50,239 bases of DNA from an uncultured Ectothiorhodospiraceae bacterium (GTDB lineage Bacteria > Pseudomonadota > Gammaproteobacteria > CAYFSA01): the NCBI GenBank assembly GCA_964345605.1, contig CAYFSA010000004.1, forward strand, positions 1 through 50,239, given 5' to 3'. The notes beneath the pieces were generated by a model. The model saw only the letters and a program-made list of their open reading frames with translations. It was not told the origin of the DNA and ran no database searches. Shown one piece after another: positions 1-8,651 of this stretch (the first letter of the stretch is position 1; every line of letters starts with the position of its first letter). The position numbers and the translations under genes were made by a program.

Positions 1-417
1 GTAGTCGTAGAACAGGCTGGCGATCGGTGCGCGCCAGTCGTAGATCAGGTTCTGCTTGAGCTCGTCGTCGAAGAAGGCGTGGATGCCGATGTAGATGGGT
101 TGTGCGTACGCGTTCGTCTGCGCCTGCTCGGCGAAATCGAGGCGGCCGAAATAGGGCGAGTGCGCCAGTTTCTGCAGGCGCTTGCGCATCGCGAGGGCGG
201 CCTCGCCGGTGAACACGCTCTGGTAGACCGACTCGCGGGTCGAGTTCTTCTCGGCGTGGTCCATGTCGGCGCGGTTTTCCCACAGGTAGGTCTTCTGCGC
301 CTGGACGTCCTCGGCGTACTCACGCAGGCGCGCGTCGATGCGGGTGAGGGCGGCGTCGAGGCGGTGACGGGTGGCTTCGAGGTGGGCCTGTTCTTGGGCT
401 TCGGTCTGGTTAATCAT
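1..417 (-). CDS. HelD/UvrD-like helicase, first 139 codons only (gene runs off the left edge)
   Basis: Minus-strand frame open from ATG (417-415) to the window edge. It is absent from the ORF track because no stop lies in the window. My translation is MINQTEAQEQAHLEATRHRL...SPYFGRLDF...QPIYIGIHAFFDDELKQNLIYDWRAPIASLFYDY, which shows the YFGRxDF / IYIG / DWRAPIA N-terminal signature of HelD-class UvrD-like helicases. Confidence 0.55.
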   Translation of the reverse strand, partial: MINQTEAQEQAHLEATRHRLDAALTRIDARLREYAEDVQAQKTYLWENRADMDHAEKNSTRESVYQSVFTGEAALAMRKRLQKLAHSPYFGRLDFAEQAQTNAYAQPIYIGIHAFFDDELKQNLIYDWRAPIASLFYDY

Positions 418-636
418 CAATGCTCGTGAGTTGGGGTGAAAGGCTATGACGGGCTGGAAAGAGCGCGCCTCTCTCTGTCTCTGCGCTGTCGTGGTGTTTG
501 TCGGACGTTGCGGTGGTTATCTGACGTGAGGGTTGCTCAATGCGGTGCAGGCTCGATGCCGCTATGCTAAAATGTTTGGCCGTGCGGGGCACAGGGTGCC
601 CGGCGCGACCGCTGACACACTGAGGAGCACGAGCTA

Positions 637-993
637 ATGGCTGAGATGCCTGAACCCGATATTGAGTATTTCCGCGCCAAGCTACTGGAGGCGCGCGCCG
701 CGCTACTGGGCTTGGAGCAGGAGCGCAATGCCGCCACGGCCACCGTGGTGCTGGATCAGACCAGCGTCGGCCGGCTGTCACGGATGGACGCGATACAGCA
801 GCAGGCGATGGCACAGGGCACGCGCCAGCGCGCCGAGCAGTCGCTGCGGCGCATCGAGGCCGCGCTGCGCCGTTGCGACGACGGCAGCTATGGTGAGTGT
901 CAGGATTGCGGCGAGTTCATCAACCCGCGCCGGCTGGAAATCGACCCGGCAGCGACGCTCTGTATTGCCTGCGCCGAGGCGCGTGATCGCTGA
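637..993 (+). CDS. DksA/TraR-family C4 zinc-finger protein (118 aa), non-canonical: no DxxDxA tip
   Basis: GAGGAG RBS at 622-627. C-terminal CQDCGEFINPRRLEIDPAATLCIACAE is a CxxC-N17-CxxC zinc finger preceded by a coiled-coil-like region (VGRLSRMDAIQQQ). Confidence 0.85.
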   Translation: MAEMPEPDIEYFRAKLLEARAALLGLEQERNAATATVVLDQTSVGRLSRMDAIQQQAMAQGTRQRAEQSLRRIEAALRRCDDGSYGECQDCGEFINPRRLEIDPAATLCIACAEARDR

Positions 994-1218
994 TCACCGG
1001 CTGCGCCGTTTTGCAGCCAGGCGGCCGGCCCGCTTTGGTGGCGGTTATTCAGCCATTCAAGGGATAGGAAATATAATCGCATCAGCGCTATTATCACCCT
1101 CTCCTATGTGGTTGTCAATCCCTATGTCAGCCAGCTTGCCAGCCAGCACGGAGAGTGCTACTTTTCGCTTGTTTCCAGCATGCTTTATATGGCTCCAATC
1201 GCAACCGAGAGCAAGTCC

Positions 1219-2064
1219 ATGTCGCCATCGAAACGTTTCTTGCTACTAGCTTGTTTATTGCCCGTACTGGCCCTACTGGTAGTCGATTTGACGGGCTGCA
1301 CCAGTGTCGCCCGAGGTTTGGGTAAGGTGACCGCCAACAAATATGCCGAACCGCGCAGCGGCACCGTTTGGGTTGTGCCCCCGCCCCAACTTGAACCGCC
1401 CCGAGCGGAAGATAAAGAGGTTTATATCTCTTTCCGCAATATTAGCGATGCGGATATCGATCTGACCGATGAGCTGCGTGCTGCCGCCAAGGAGCAAGGT
1501 TGGACAATCGCCAACGACCCCCAAGACGCCAACTTTCGCCTGCGTGCCTCGCTGCGTTTTTTCGGTGAAGTGGAACCGGAATCCGGTGGCGGCAAAGTCG
1601 CCGGGCAAATGGGTGCCATCAGTGGCGCGGCTGTTGGCATTGGCACCGGCGTCGCCGTTGGACGTGGCACGGGCAGCACCGCGGCCGGTATAGCCACAGG
1701 TGTCGGCGCGGGCGGGCTTGCTGCGGTCGGCATTTCGAACGCCTCACGCCCCCGCGAATGGGCGCTCATCATGGATTTCGTATTGGAGGAACATCACCAA
1801 GAACCGATCGAATTCACCATGGCGACTGGCAGCAGCAGTGGGCGCGGCGATGCCGCCGGCGTCGGCAACGCCCGGATGGCAAGTGGCGGCGGCACCCAGT
1901 CCGGCAATGTTCAACGCGCCACGGCGACCAAAACCAGCCACTATTATCCGCATGGCCTGCGTTTGTCGGCCTGGGCCAACCAAATGAACATGACCGAAGA
2001 AGAAGCCATGCCGCATATTCGTCAACGCACCCGAAAAGTCGTGGCGCAAATGCTGCCGCAGTAA
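1219..2064 (+). CDS. TraT-like outer-membrane lipoprotein
   Basis: Start moved to the internal ATG at 1219, giving signal peptide MSPSKRFLLLACLLPVLALLVVDLTGC with lipobox LTGC. The layout resembles F-plasmid TraT as I recall it: VYISFRNISDADIDL..., a Gly/Ala-rich central segment, then HYYPHGLRLSAWANQMNMTEEEA. Confidence 0.6.
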   Translation: MSPSKRFLLLACLLPVLALLVVDLTGCTSVARGLGKVTANKYAEPRSGTVWVVPPPQLEPPRAEDKEVYISFRNISDADIDLTDELRAAAKEQGWTIANDPQDANFRLRASLRFFGEVEPESGGGKVAGQMGAISGAAVGIGTGVAVGRGTGSTAAGIATGVGAGGLAAVGISNASRPREWALIMDFVLEEHHQEPIEFTMATGSSSGRGDAAGVGNARMASGGGTQSGNVQRATATKTSHYYPHGLRLSAWANQMNMTEEEAMPHIRQRTRKVVAQMLPQ

Positions 2065-2076
2065 TCTCGCTCGGGG

Positions 2077-2108
2077 GGCGGGCCAATGCCAATGCCCGCC
2101 TTATTTTG
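2077..2108 (+). terminator. Rho-independent terminator after the TraT-like gene
   Basis: Stem GGCGGGC (2077-2083) pairs with GCCCGCC (2094-2100), 10-nt loop, followed by TTATTTTGT. Confidence 0.7.
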
Positions 2109-2142
2109 TGCGTGACCGCCCGCGTTTGGTCGAGCCTTGCCA

Positions 2143-2814
2143 ATGAGCAGATTCCTTCATAGCCTGCGCGCCCTGATCGCTTTGCTTGTCACATGGTCCT
2201 TTCTCGCCTTAGCGGTCAGCAGCATCGTGTTGTATATCATGCCCCACGGCCGGGTTGCCTATTGGACCGATTGGCAGCTGCTGGGCCTGGGCAAGGATGC
2301 CTGGTCGCAGCTGCACCTAAGCTTCGGTGCTCTGTTGATCATCGCCGGCAGCTTGCATTTGTATTTCAACTGGCATGCCTTGGTCCATTACCTCGCCACG
2401 CGGGTCCGCGGCCACCTCCGGCTCAGCAAGGAATTGATCGGCTCGTTGCTGCTCACCGTCCTTATCGGTGTCGGTGCTTTAACGGCGTTGCCGCCTTTTT
2501 CCTGGGTCTTCGCGCTCAACGAAGCCATCAAGCAAAGCTGGATCATCCGTCCCGAACTAGCTCCACCCTTCGGTCATGCCGAGCGCGTTTCCTTGCGAGT
2601 GTTAGCGCGGCGCATGGATTTTGAGCTGGCCGCAGCAATGCAAGCCCTGCGTCGTAATGGCATCGATTTCACTGGTCCTGAGCAAACCATCGAAATGATT
2701 GCCACGGCGAATGGTCTTAGCCCGATGGAGTTATATGGCCTGCTACCGATCGAGCCCGTTGATTCCGCCAAGCCAGGGCGTCACCGACAACCGCAGCAAG
2801 AACGCCCTGAGTAG
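2143..2814 (+). CDS. Integral membrane protein, DUF4405-like
   Basis: ORF 2137-2814; I prefer ATG 2143 over TTG 2137. Hydrophobic helices with a His-containing motif (SLHLYFNWHALVHY) and a soluble C-terminal part. The family call is from recollection only. Confidence 0.55.
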   Translation: MSRFLHSLRALIALLVTWSFLALAVSSIVLYIMPHGRVAYWTDWQLLGLGKDAWSQLHLSFGALLIIAGSLHLYFNWHALVHYLATRVRGHLRLSKELIGSLLLTVLIGVGALTALPPFSWVFALNEAIKQSWIIRPELAPPFGHAERVSLRVLARRMDFELAAAMQALRRNGIDFTGPEQTIEMIATANGLSPMELYGLLPIEPVDSAKPGRHRQPQQERPE

Positions 2815-2880
2815 CGAGCAAGATGCCGCATCACTGATTGCAACTCAATTCAGTCAAATATATATGATATTATGTTTGCG
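2245..2880 (+). other. placeholder removed
   Basis: Entry is void: coordinates were mistyped. See the next entry for rnpB. Confidence 0.
2838..2873 (+). promoter_or_regulatory. Possible rnpB promoter region
   Basis: TTGCAA at 2838-2843 and an AT-rich run of -10 candidates (TATGAT 2863-2868, TATTAT 2868-2873) just upstream of the RNase P RNA 5' end. Spacing is not ideal for any single pair. Confidence 0.3.
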
Positions 2881-3245
2881 GAGTCGGCCAGGCAGTCGCT
2901 GTATACCTCGTTAAGGCAAGGTGATATAGAGGAAAGTCCGGGCTCCACAGGGCAGGGTGCCAGGTAACGCCTGGGCGGCGTGAGCCGACGGCCAGTGCCG
3001 CAGAAAATATACCGCCGATGGCCTGTTAACCCAGGCACAGGTAAGGGTGAAAAGGTGCGGTAAGAGCGCACCGCGCGGGTGGCAACACACCGTGGCAGGG
3101 TAAACCCCACCCGGAGCAAGGCCAAATAGGGGCGCCATGATGTAGCCCGCATCGCGCCCGGGTAGGCCGCAAGAGGCAGCACGGTGACGTGCGCCCCAGA
3201 TGAATGGCTGCCCACGACAGAACCCGGCTTATCGGCCGACTCCTT
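2880..3245 (+). ncRNA. rnpB: RNase P RNA, bacterial type A (M1 RNA)
   Basis: The P1 pairing is GGAGTCGGCC (2880-2889) with GGCCGACTCC (3234-3243). Universally conserved blocks are present: GAGGAAAGTCCGGGCTCCACAGGGCAGGGTGCCAGGTAACGCCTGGG, GTAAGGGTGAAAAGGTGCGGTAAGAGCGCACC, CCACCCGGAGCAAGGCCAAATAGGGG and ACAGAACCCGGCTTATCGG. These are nearly identical to E. coli rnpB. A T6 run follows. Confidence 0.97.
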
Positions 3246-3653
3246 TTTTGTATCCTGCGGCCAACCAAGCGGTACCAAGCTGCCACCCCCGTATTGCTGA
3301 CAACCGTCAGGGCGATCAAGGGCTATTTCAGCTGCCCCACTTGCCACCACATCCCTAACGCCAACCCCCATCCCCCCCCTTGCCAGCACCCAGCCTGGTC
3401 CCTGCGATTATGTAATTTTGTCATTAAGTTGTAACGGATAGCTAACATACCACTTGAAAAGCCGCCCAAGCGGCTCTAATGCCTTAATTTAATATCAGTA
3501 TATTAACTAAATAAATTAATGTTACTTATCAAGAATAGCCAATATATTATTGACTTAATTAGCTATTTATCTTTAACAAAAATTCTTAGGAAGCCACATC
3601 AAAGATATATCACAAGTAATTGTTTTTACATATTTTTTATTTTTTTGCTGGCC

Positions 3654-3682
3654 TTGACCCATGCCGGTTTAACTCTTATAGT
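3654..3682 (+). promoter_or_regulatory. Pmra-type sigma70 promoter of the dcw cluster
   Basis: TTGACC (3654-3659), 17-bp spacer, TATAGT (3677-3682). Predicted TSS is about 3689-3690, directly upstream of mraZ. Confidence 0.7.
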
Positions 3683-3689
3683 TAGTCGC

Positions 3690-3728
3690 AGTGGGAGATC
3701 GTGGCGATCAGTGGGAACTTTGTGGGGG
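3690..3728 (+). promoter_or_regulatory. MraZ operator: four GTGG(G/C) direct repeats at 10-11 bp spacing
   Basis: GTGGG at 3691, GTGGC at 3701, GTGGG at 3711 and GTGGG at 3722. They lie between the -10 box and the mraZ start, matching the known arrangement of MraZ boxes just downstream of Pmra in E. coli. Confidence 0.7.
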
Positions 3729-3732
3729 ACGC

Positions 3733-4188
3733 GTGTTCCGGGGGGTCAGCTATCTGAGCTTGGACGTGAAAGGACGCATCGCCGTGCCAACCCGTTATCG
3801 GGACCCTCTGACTGCAGCCGGCGACGGCAAACTGGTACTTACCATTCATCCAGAACGCTGTTTATTGATGTACCCGCAACCCGTATGGGAAAACATTGAG
3901 CAGGCCTTGATGGCCAAGCCCAATGTCACCGATCCGACAGTGCGCTGGATGCAGCGGGTCCTAGTCGGTCACGCCACGGAGCAGGAGCTCGACAGCCAGG
4001 GCCGCGTGCTGCTGACAGCAGCCCTGCGGGAATTTGCCGGCCTGGATAAAAAGGCCGCGTTGGTGGGCCAAGGCAATAAATTCGAGATTTGGAACGAGGA
4101 TTCATGGATTCGCAACCGCAACGAGTTTCTCGATCAGCAGGCGGCCCTGGGCAGCTTCGCCTCTACACTCGAGAACCTGACTCTATGA
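3733..4188 (+). CDS. mraZ: Transcriptional regulator MraZ
   Basis: GTG start at 3733 gives (M)FRGVSYLSLDVKGRIAVPTRYRD..., 151 aa, colinear with E. coli MraZ ([23 protein letters not shown]). The upstream part of ORF 3691-4188 covers the operator. Confidence 0.92.
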   Translation: MFRGVSYLSLDVKGRIAVPTRYRDPLTAAGDGKLVLTIHPERCLLMYPQPVWENIEQALMAKPNVTDPTVRWMQRVLVGHATEQELDSQGRVLLTAALREFAGLDKKAALVGQGNKFEIWNEDSWIRNRNEFLDQQAALGSFASTLENLTL

Positions 4189-5123
4189 CCGCGCCCGCGA
4201 TGCATCAACCGGTATTGCTGTCGGAAGCCGTGGCGGCTTTGGCGATCCGACCGGCAGGTCAGTACCTGGATGCCACCTTTGGGCGCGGCGGTCATGCGGC
4301 GGCGATCCTGGCCGCGTTGAATGAGCAAGGCCGACTCATCGCCCTGGACCGCGATCCCAATGCCATCGCCGCCGGCCGGCAGCGCTACCCGGACGACGCG
4401 CGGCTCGTTCTGCGCCAGGCCAATTTCGCCGACCTGGGCCAGCAAGGCGAAAACTTGGGGCTTGGCGGCAAGCTCGCGGGCATCCTGCTGGACCTAGGGG
4501 TATCCTCGCCGCAATTGGACAACCCCGAGCGTGGCTTCGGCTTTCGCCAGGATGGCCCGTTGGATATGCGCATGGACCCGGCCTGCGGGCCGAGTGCCGC
4601 AGACTGGCTGGCACAGGCGAGTGAAACCGAAATCGCCCGAATTCTCAAGGAGCTAGGTGAGGAACGCTATGCCCGGCGCATCGCCCGCAACTTGGTCAAC
4701 GCGCGCCGCGAACGGCCCATCAACCGTACCCAACAATTGGCGGAGCTGATCGCCGCTGCCGTGCCCACCCGCGAGCTCCACAAGCATCCGGCCACCCGCA
4801 GCTTTCAAGCGATTCGCATACATATCAATCAGGAACTGGCGGCCCTGGCAAGTGCTTTGCAGGCGGCGCTGACCCTGCTCGAGCCAGGCGGCCGGCTGGT
4901 GGTCATCAGCTTTCACTCGCTGGAGGATCGTCTGGTCAAGCGCTTTATCCGCCAGGAAAGCCAGGTACCGGCACTGCCGCGGAAACTACCGGTCACCCAT
5001 ACGCAGGCGCCCGCGCCACGCCTGCGCCCGGTTGGCAAACCCCAGTTTCCCAGTGCCACCGAGTGCGAACTCAATCCACGCGCCCGCAGCGCCTGTCTGC
5101 GCATCGCGGAGCGCTCGGCATGA
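4185..5123 (+). CDS. rsmH: 16S rRNA (cytosine1402-N4)-methyltransferase RsmH
   Basis: ATG 4185 overlaps the mraZ stop (ATGA). Sequence MTAPAMHQPVLLSEAV...DATFGRGGHA...DLGVSSPQLD...SFHSLEDR. Confidence 0.95.
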   Translation: MTAPAMHQPVLLSEAVAALAIRPAGQYLDATFGRGGHAAAILAALNEQGRLIALDRDPNAIAAGRQRYPDDARLVLRQANFADLGQQGENLGLGGKLAGILLDLGVSSPQLDNPERGFGFRQDGPLDMRMDPACGPSAADWLAQASETEIARILKELGEERYARRIARNLVNARRERPINRTQQLAELIAAAVPTRELHKHPATRSFQAIRIHINQELAALASALQAALTLLEPGGRLVVISFHSLEDRLVKRFIRQESQVPALPRKLPVTHTQAPAPRLRPVGKPQFPSATECELNPRARSACLRIAERSA

Positions 5124-5389
5124 CCTGGCGGCTTCTGCTCCTGACGGCTCTGGCGCTGGCCACCCTGGGCTCGGCCTTGGCCGTGGTGTGGTCGCAGCAT
5201 CAAACCCGGCTGTTATTCAAGCAGCTCAGCGGGCTCGAGAACGCACGCGACGAACTCAACCACGAATGGCGCCAGCTGCAGCTGGAAATCGGCGCCAACG
5301 CCGGCCATGCCCGGGTCGAGCGCATCGCTCGCGAGCAGCTCGGCATGCAGCAGCCCACCATCGGTGACATCCGGAGCCTGCGGCTATGA
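5120..5389 (+). CDS. ftsL: Cell division protein FtsL
   Basis: ATG 5120 overlaps the rsmH stop. 89 aa with a single TM helix (LLLLTALALATLGSALAVVW) followed by a coiled coil, in the conserved position. Confidence 0.88.
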   Translation: MTWRLLLLTALALATLGSALAVVWSQHQTRLLFKQLSGLENARDELNHEWRQLQLEIGANAGHARVERIAREQLGMQQPTIGDIRSLRL

Positions 5390-7095
5390 AACGCTTCGGG
5401 TCACCGGCTACCACCCTGTCCGGCCGCCGCCGGCTGCTGTTAGCCGTGTTCACGCTGGCAGGACTGGCGTTGGCGCTGCGGGCCTTCGAGCTGCAGCTGC
5501 TGGATCAGGAGTTCCTCAAGCACCAGGCCGATGCCCGCCATCTGCGCACCGTCGCTATCCCCGCTCATCGCGGCGTGATCACCGACCGCGCCGGCGACCC
5601 CCTGGCCATCAGCATCCCGGTGGATTCGGTCTGGGCCGACCCCGGCCAGGCCCTGCAGGCGCCGCAGCGCTTGGCCCAGGTCGCCGAGCGACTCGACCTT
5701 GATCCTGGCAAGCTCCAAGCCCGCCTGCAAGCCCGCCAGGCGCGCGAGTTCGAATACCTGCGCCGCCATCTTGACCCGAATCAGGCCGACCTTGTCCGGC
5801 AGATCGGCGCGCCCGGCGTCTACTTGCGCCGAGAGTACAAGCGGTTTTACCCCCTGGGCGAGGTCACCGGTCATGTGCTCGGTTTCACCGATATCGACGA
5901 CCGGGGTCAGGAAGGCATCGAGCTGGCCTTCGATAACTGGCTGCAGGGCCAGCCCGGCGCCAAGCGGATCCTGCGGGACCGCAAGGGCAACGCCATCGCC
6001 GATATTGCGCGCCTGCGGGCTAGCGAGCCAGGCGACGAGCTGACGCTCACCCTGGATCGGCGCCTGCAGTTTCTCGCCTATCGCGAGCTCAAGGCAGCGG
6101 TGCAGGCGCATCAGGCAAGCAGCGGCAGCGTCGTCATTCTGGAGCCCCGCACGGGCGCGGTGCTCGCCATGGCGAACCAGCCAGCGTTCAATCCCAATGA
6201 TCGGCGCCAAATCGTTAGCAGCCATTATCGCAACCGGGCGGTCACCGATGTTCTGGAGCCCGGCTCAACCCTCAAGCCGTTCACCATCGCCATGGCTTTG
6301 GCAGCCGACGCCTATCAGCCGGACGACCAGATCGACACCCGGCCCGGCTATTATCAGGTCGCCGGCCACACCATCCAGGATCACCGCAACTACGGCCGGC
6401 TCGATCTCGGCATGATTCTGACGAAATCCAGCAATGTCGGCGCCAGCCAGATCGCTTTGAGTCTGCCGGCTGAACGGCTTTGGTCCATGTTGCACCGGCT
6501 CGGCTTCGGCCAAGCCAGCGGGCTGCAATTCCCCGGTGCCGGGCCGGGCCGGCTGGCCCATCATTCACGCTGGCGGCGCCTGGAGCATGCCACCATCGCC
6601 TTCGGCTACGGGGTGGCGGTGACCCCGCTGCAGCTCGCCCGGGCCTACGCGGTGCTGGCCAACGACGGCCGTTTACCTGAGGCCCATTTGGTCAAACGCG
6701 AGACCGTCAGCCGGCAAGTCATGCCAGCGGCCACCGCCCGGACCGTGCGCCAGATGCTGGAAAGCGTCGTGGGTCCCGAGGGCACGGCCAGCCGCGCTGC
6801 GGTAGCCAATTACCGGGTCGCCGGCAAGACCGGCACGGTGCATAAAGCCGTGGCCGGCGGTTATGCCGAGGACCGCTATCAGTCCCTGTTCGTGGGCATG
6901 GCCCCGGCGTCGCGGCCGCGCCTGTTGACCGTCGTGGTCATCGACGAGCCTAAGGGGCAGGAGTACTACGGCGGCCTGGTGGCCGCGCCGGTGTTCGCCC
7001 GCATTATGGCCGAGGCCCTGCGCCTGACCAATGTGCCACCGGATAATCTGCCCACCCGCAAAGCCGCGCATGCCGCCGGCGGAGGCGCCACATGA
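5386..7095 (+). CDS. ftsI: Peptidoglycan D,D-transpeptidase FtsI (PBP3)
   Basis: ATGA overlap with ftsL. SxxK (GSTLKPF), SxN (KSSNVG) and KTG (GKTGT) motifs are present. Confidence 0.96.
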   Translation: MKRFGSPATTLSGRRRLLLAVFTLAGLALALRAFELQLLDQEFLKHQADARHLRTVAIPAHRGVITDRAGDPLAISIPVDSVWADPGQALQAPQRLAQVAERLDLDPGKLQARLQARQAREFEYLRRHLDPNQADLVRQIGAPGVYLRREYKRFYPLGEVTGHVLGFTDIDDRGQEGIELAFDNWLQGQPGAKRILRDRKGNAIADIARLRASEPGDELTLTLDRRLQFLAYRELKAAVQAHQASSGSVVILEPRTGAVLAMANQPAFNPNDRRQIVSSHYRNRAVTDVLEPGSTLKPFTIAMALAADAYQPDDQIDTRPGYYQVAGHTIQDHRNYGRLDLGMILTKSSNVGASQIALSLPAERLWSMLHRLGFGQASGLQFPGAGPGRLAHHSRWRRLEHATIAFGYGVAVTPLQLARAYAVLANDGRLPEAHLVKRETVSRQVMPAATARTVRQMLESVVGPEGTASRAAVANYRVAGKTGTVHKAVAGGYAEDRYQSLFVGMAPASRPRLLTVVVIDEPKGQEYYGGLVAAPVFARIMAEALRLTNVPPDNLPTRKAAHAAGGGAT

Positions 7096-8651
7096 CGACA
7101 CCGGGCCTGCCCCTGTCCACCCTGCTCACCGACTTGCCGCGTCAAAGTGGGCCCGACGCTGCCCTGCCGGCTGATCCATGGATCACCGGACTGGCCCTGG
7201 ACAGTCGCCGGGTTAAACCAGGCGATCTATTCCTGGCCCTCGCGGGTCGGCGCGAGCATGGTCTGGCGCATGCCGCTCACGCTCGCGCCCGCGGCGCGGT
7301 CGCCGTGGCTTATGAAGCCAGCCCGGATCACCCCCCGGCACCGAGCGCTTTGCCCGCGGTGGCGATCCCTGCCCTGAGCCGTCATTGCGCCCCGCTGGCG
7401 GCGCGGTTTTACGGCGACCCGGCCCGGGATATGCAGATCATCGGCGTCACCGGCACCGACGGCAAGACCTCGGTCAGCCATTTCCTGGCCCAGGCCTTGC
7501 ACCAGCCTGACCAGCCCTGCGGCCTGCTCGGCACCCTCGGCTATGGCCTGCCGATCTGGCCGAACAGCGGCCCGCCCCGGCTTACGCCCCTGCCCCATAC
7601 CACACCGGACCCGGTCACCCTGCAGGCCTGCCTGGCCGACCTGCGCGCCCAGGGGGTCAAGCGGGTAGTCATGGAGGCGTCCTCGCATGCCCTGGACCAG
7701 GAGCGGCTCGCCGGTATTGCCATCGCCGTGGCGGTGCTGACCCATTTGAGCCGAGATCATCTGGATTATCACGGCGATCTGGCGAGCTACGCCGCCGCCA
7801 AGGCCAGGCTATTCCAGCGCCCCGAGCAGCCGCAGGCGGTGTTGAATCTGGATGATGCCTTTGGCCGCGAGCTGGCCGCGCAGCTGCCGCCGGCACGGGT
7901 GTTCGGCTATAGCCTGACCCGCCGGGGCGAACGGCCGGCCGCCCCGGCCCATTGCCGGCCACAACGCGAAAGTGTTGGCCAGCAACTGTACTTAAGCGAG
8001 GCCGGGATCCGGCTGAATGCAGCAACCGCCACAGGGAAATACGCCCTGGCCACGGAGCTGCTCGGCGTATTCAATGCCTACAACATGCTGGCGACCTTCA
8101 CCGCCCTGCTGGCCCTGGAGATGCCCCCCGCACAAGCCGCCAAGCGCCTGCCCCGCCTGAGCTCGGTGCCCGGCCGCATGCAGCGTATCGGCCAGGGGGC
8201 CCGGCCGGTGGTGGTGGTTGACTATGCCCATACCCCGGCGGCCCTGACCGCGGTCCTGCAGGCCCTGCAGGCCCATTGCCGAGGCCGGCTCAGCGTGGTG
8301 TGCGGCTGCGGCGGCGAGCGCGACCGCGGCAAACGGCCGCTGCTGGCGGCGGCGGCCGAAGCCGGCGCCGACCAGGTCATCCTGACCGACGACAACCCCC
8401 GCGGCGAAGCGCCGGCGCGGATCGTGGCGGATATGCTGGCCGGCTGTCAGGCACCGCAGGCGGTTACGGTCATCCATGACCGGCCCGCGGCCATCGCCAC
8501 CGCCATTGCCACGGCCGCGGCCGAGGATACGGTATTGATCGCCGGCAAGGGTCATGAAACCGTGCAAATCATCGGTGACCACCGCCTGCCCTGCAATGAC
8601 GTGGAACTGGCCGCCGCTGCCCTGGCCCGACGCGCGGAGCAGGTGGCATGA
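7092..8651 (+). CDS. murE: UDP-N-acetylmuramoyl-L-alanyl-D-glutamate--2,6-diaminopimelate ligase MurE
   Basis: ATGA overlap. GVTGTDGKTS P-loop and DNPR motif (LTDDNPRGE). Confidence 0.95.
   Translation: MTTPGLPLSTLLTDLPRQSGPDAALPADPWITGLALDSRRVKPGDLFLALAGRREHGLAHAAHARARGAVAVAYEASPDHPPAPSALPAVAIPALSRHCAPLAARFYGDPARDMQIIGVTGTDGKTSVSHFLAQALHQPDQPCGLLGTLGYGLPIWPNSGPPRLTPLPHTTPDPVTLQACLADLRAQGVKRVVMEASSHALDQERLAGIAIAVAVLTHLSRDHLDYHGDLASYAAAKARLFQRPEQPQAVLNLDDAFGRELAAQLPPARVFGYSLTRRGERPAAPAHCRPQRESVGQQLYLSEAGIRLNAATATGKYALATELLGVFNAYNMLATFTALLALEMPPAQAAKRLPRLSSVPGRMQRIGQGARPVVVVDYAHTPAALTAVLQALQAHCRGRLSVVCGCGGERDRGKRPLLAAAAEAGADQVILTDDNPRGEAPARIVADMLAGCQAPQAVTVIHDRPAAIATAIATAAAEDTVLIAGKGHETVQIIGDHRLPCNDVELAAAALARRAEQVA

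Noticed and set aside
2850-3434. Several ORFs (179, 75, 97 and 76 aa) spanning 2850-3434
   Set aside because: They overlap the RNase P RNA gene and its C-rich downstream spacer. The RNA identification is unambiguous.
3519-3899. 126-aa ORF starting in the AT-rich island and running into mraZ
   Set aside because: It crosses the Pmra promoter and the MraZ boxes and is out of frame with mraZ. Its AT-rich codons are unlike any real gene in the window.
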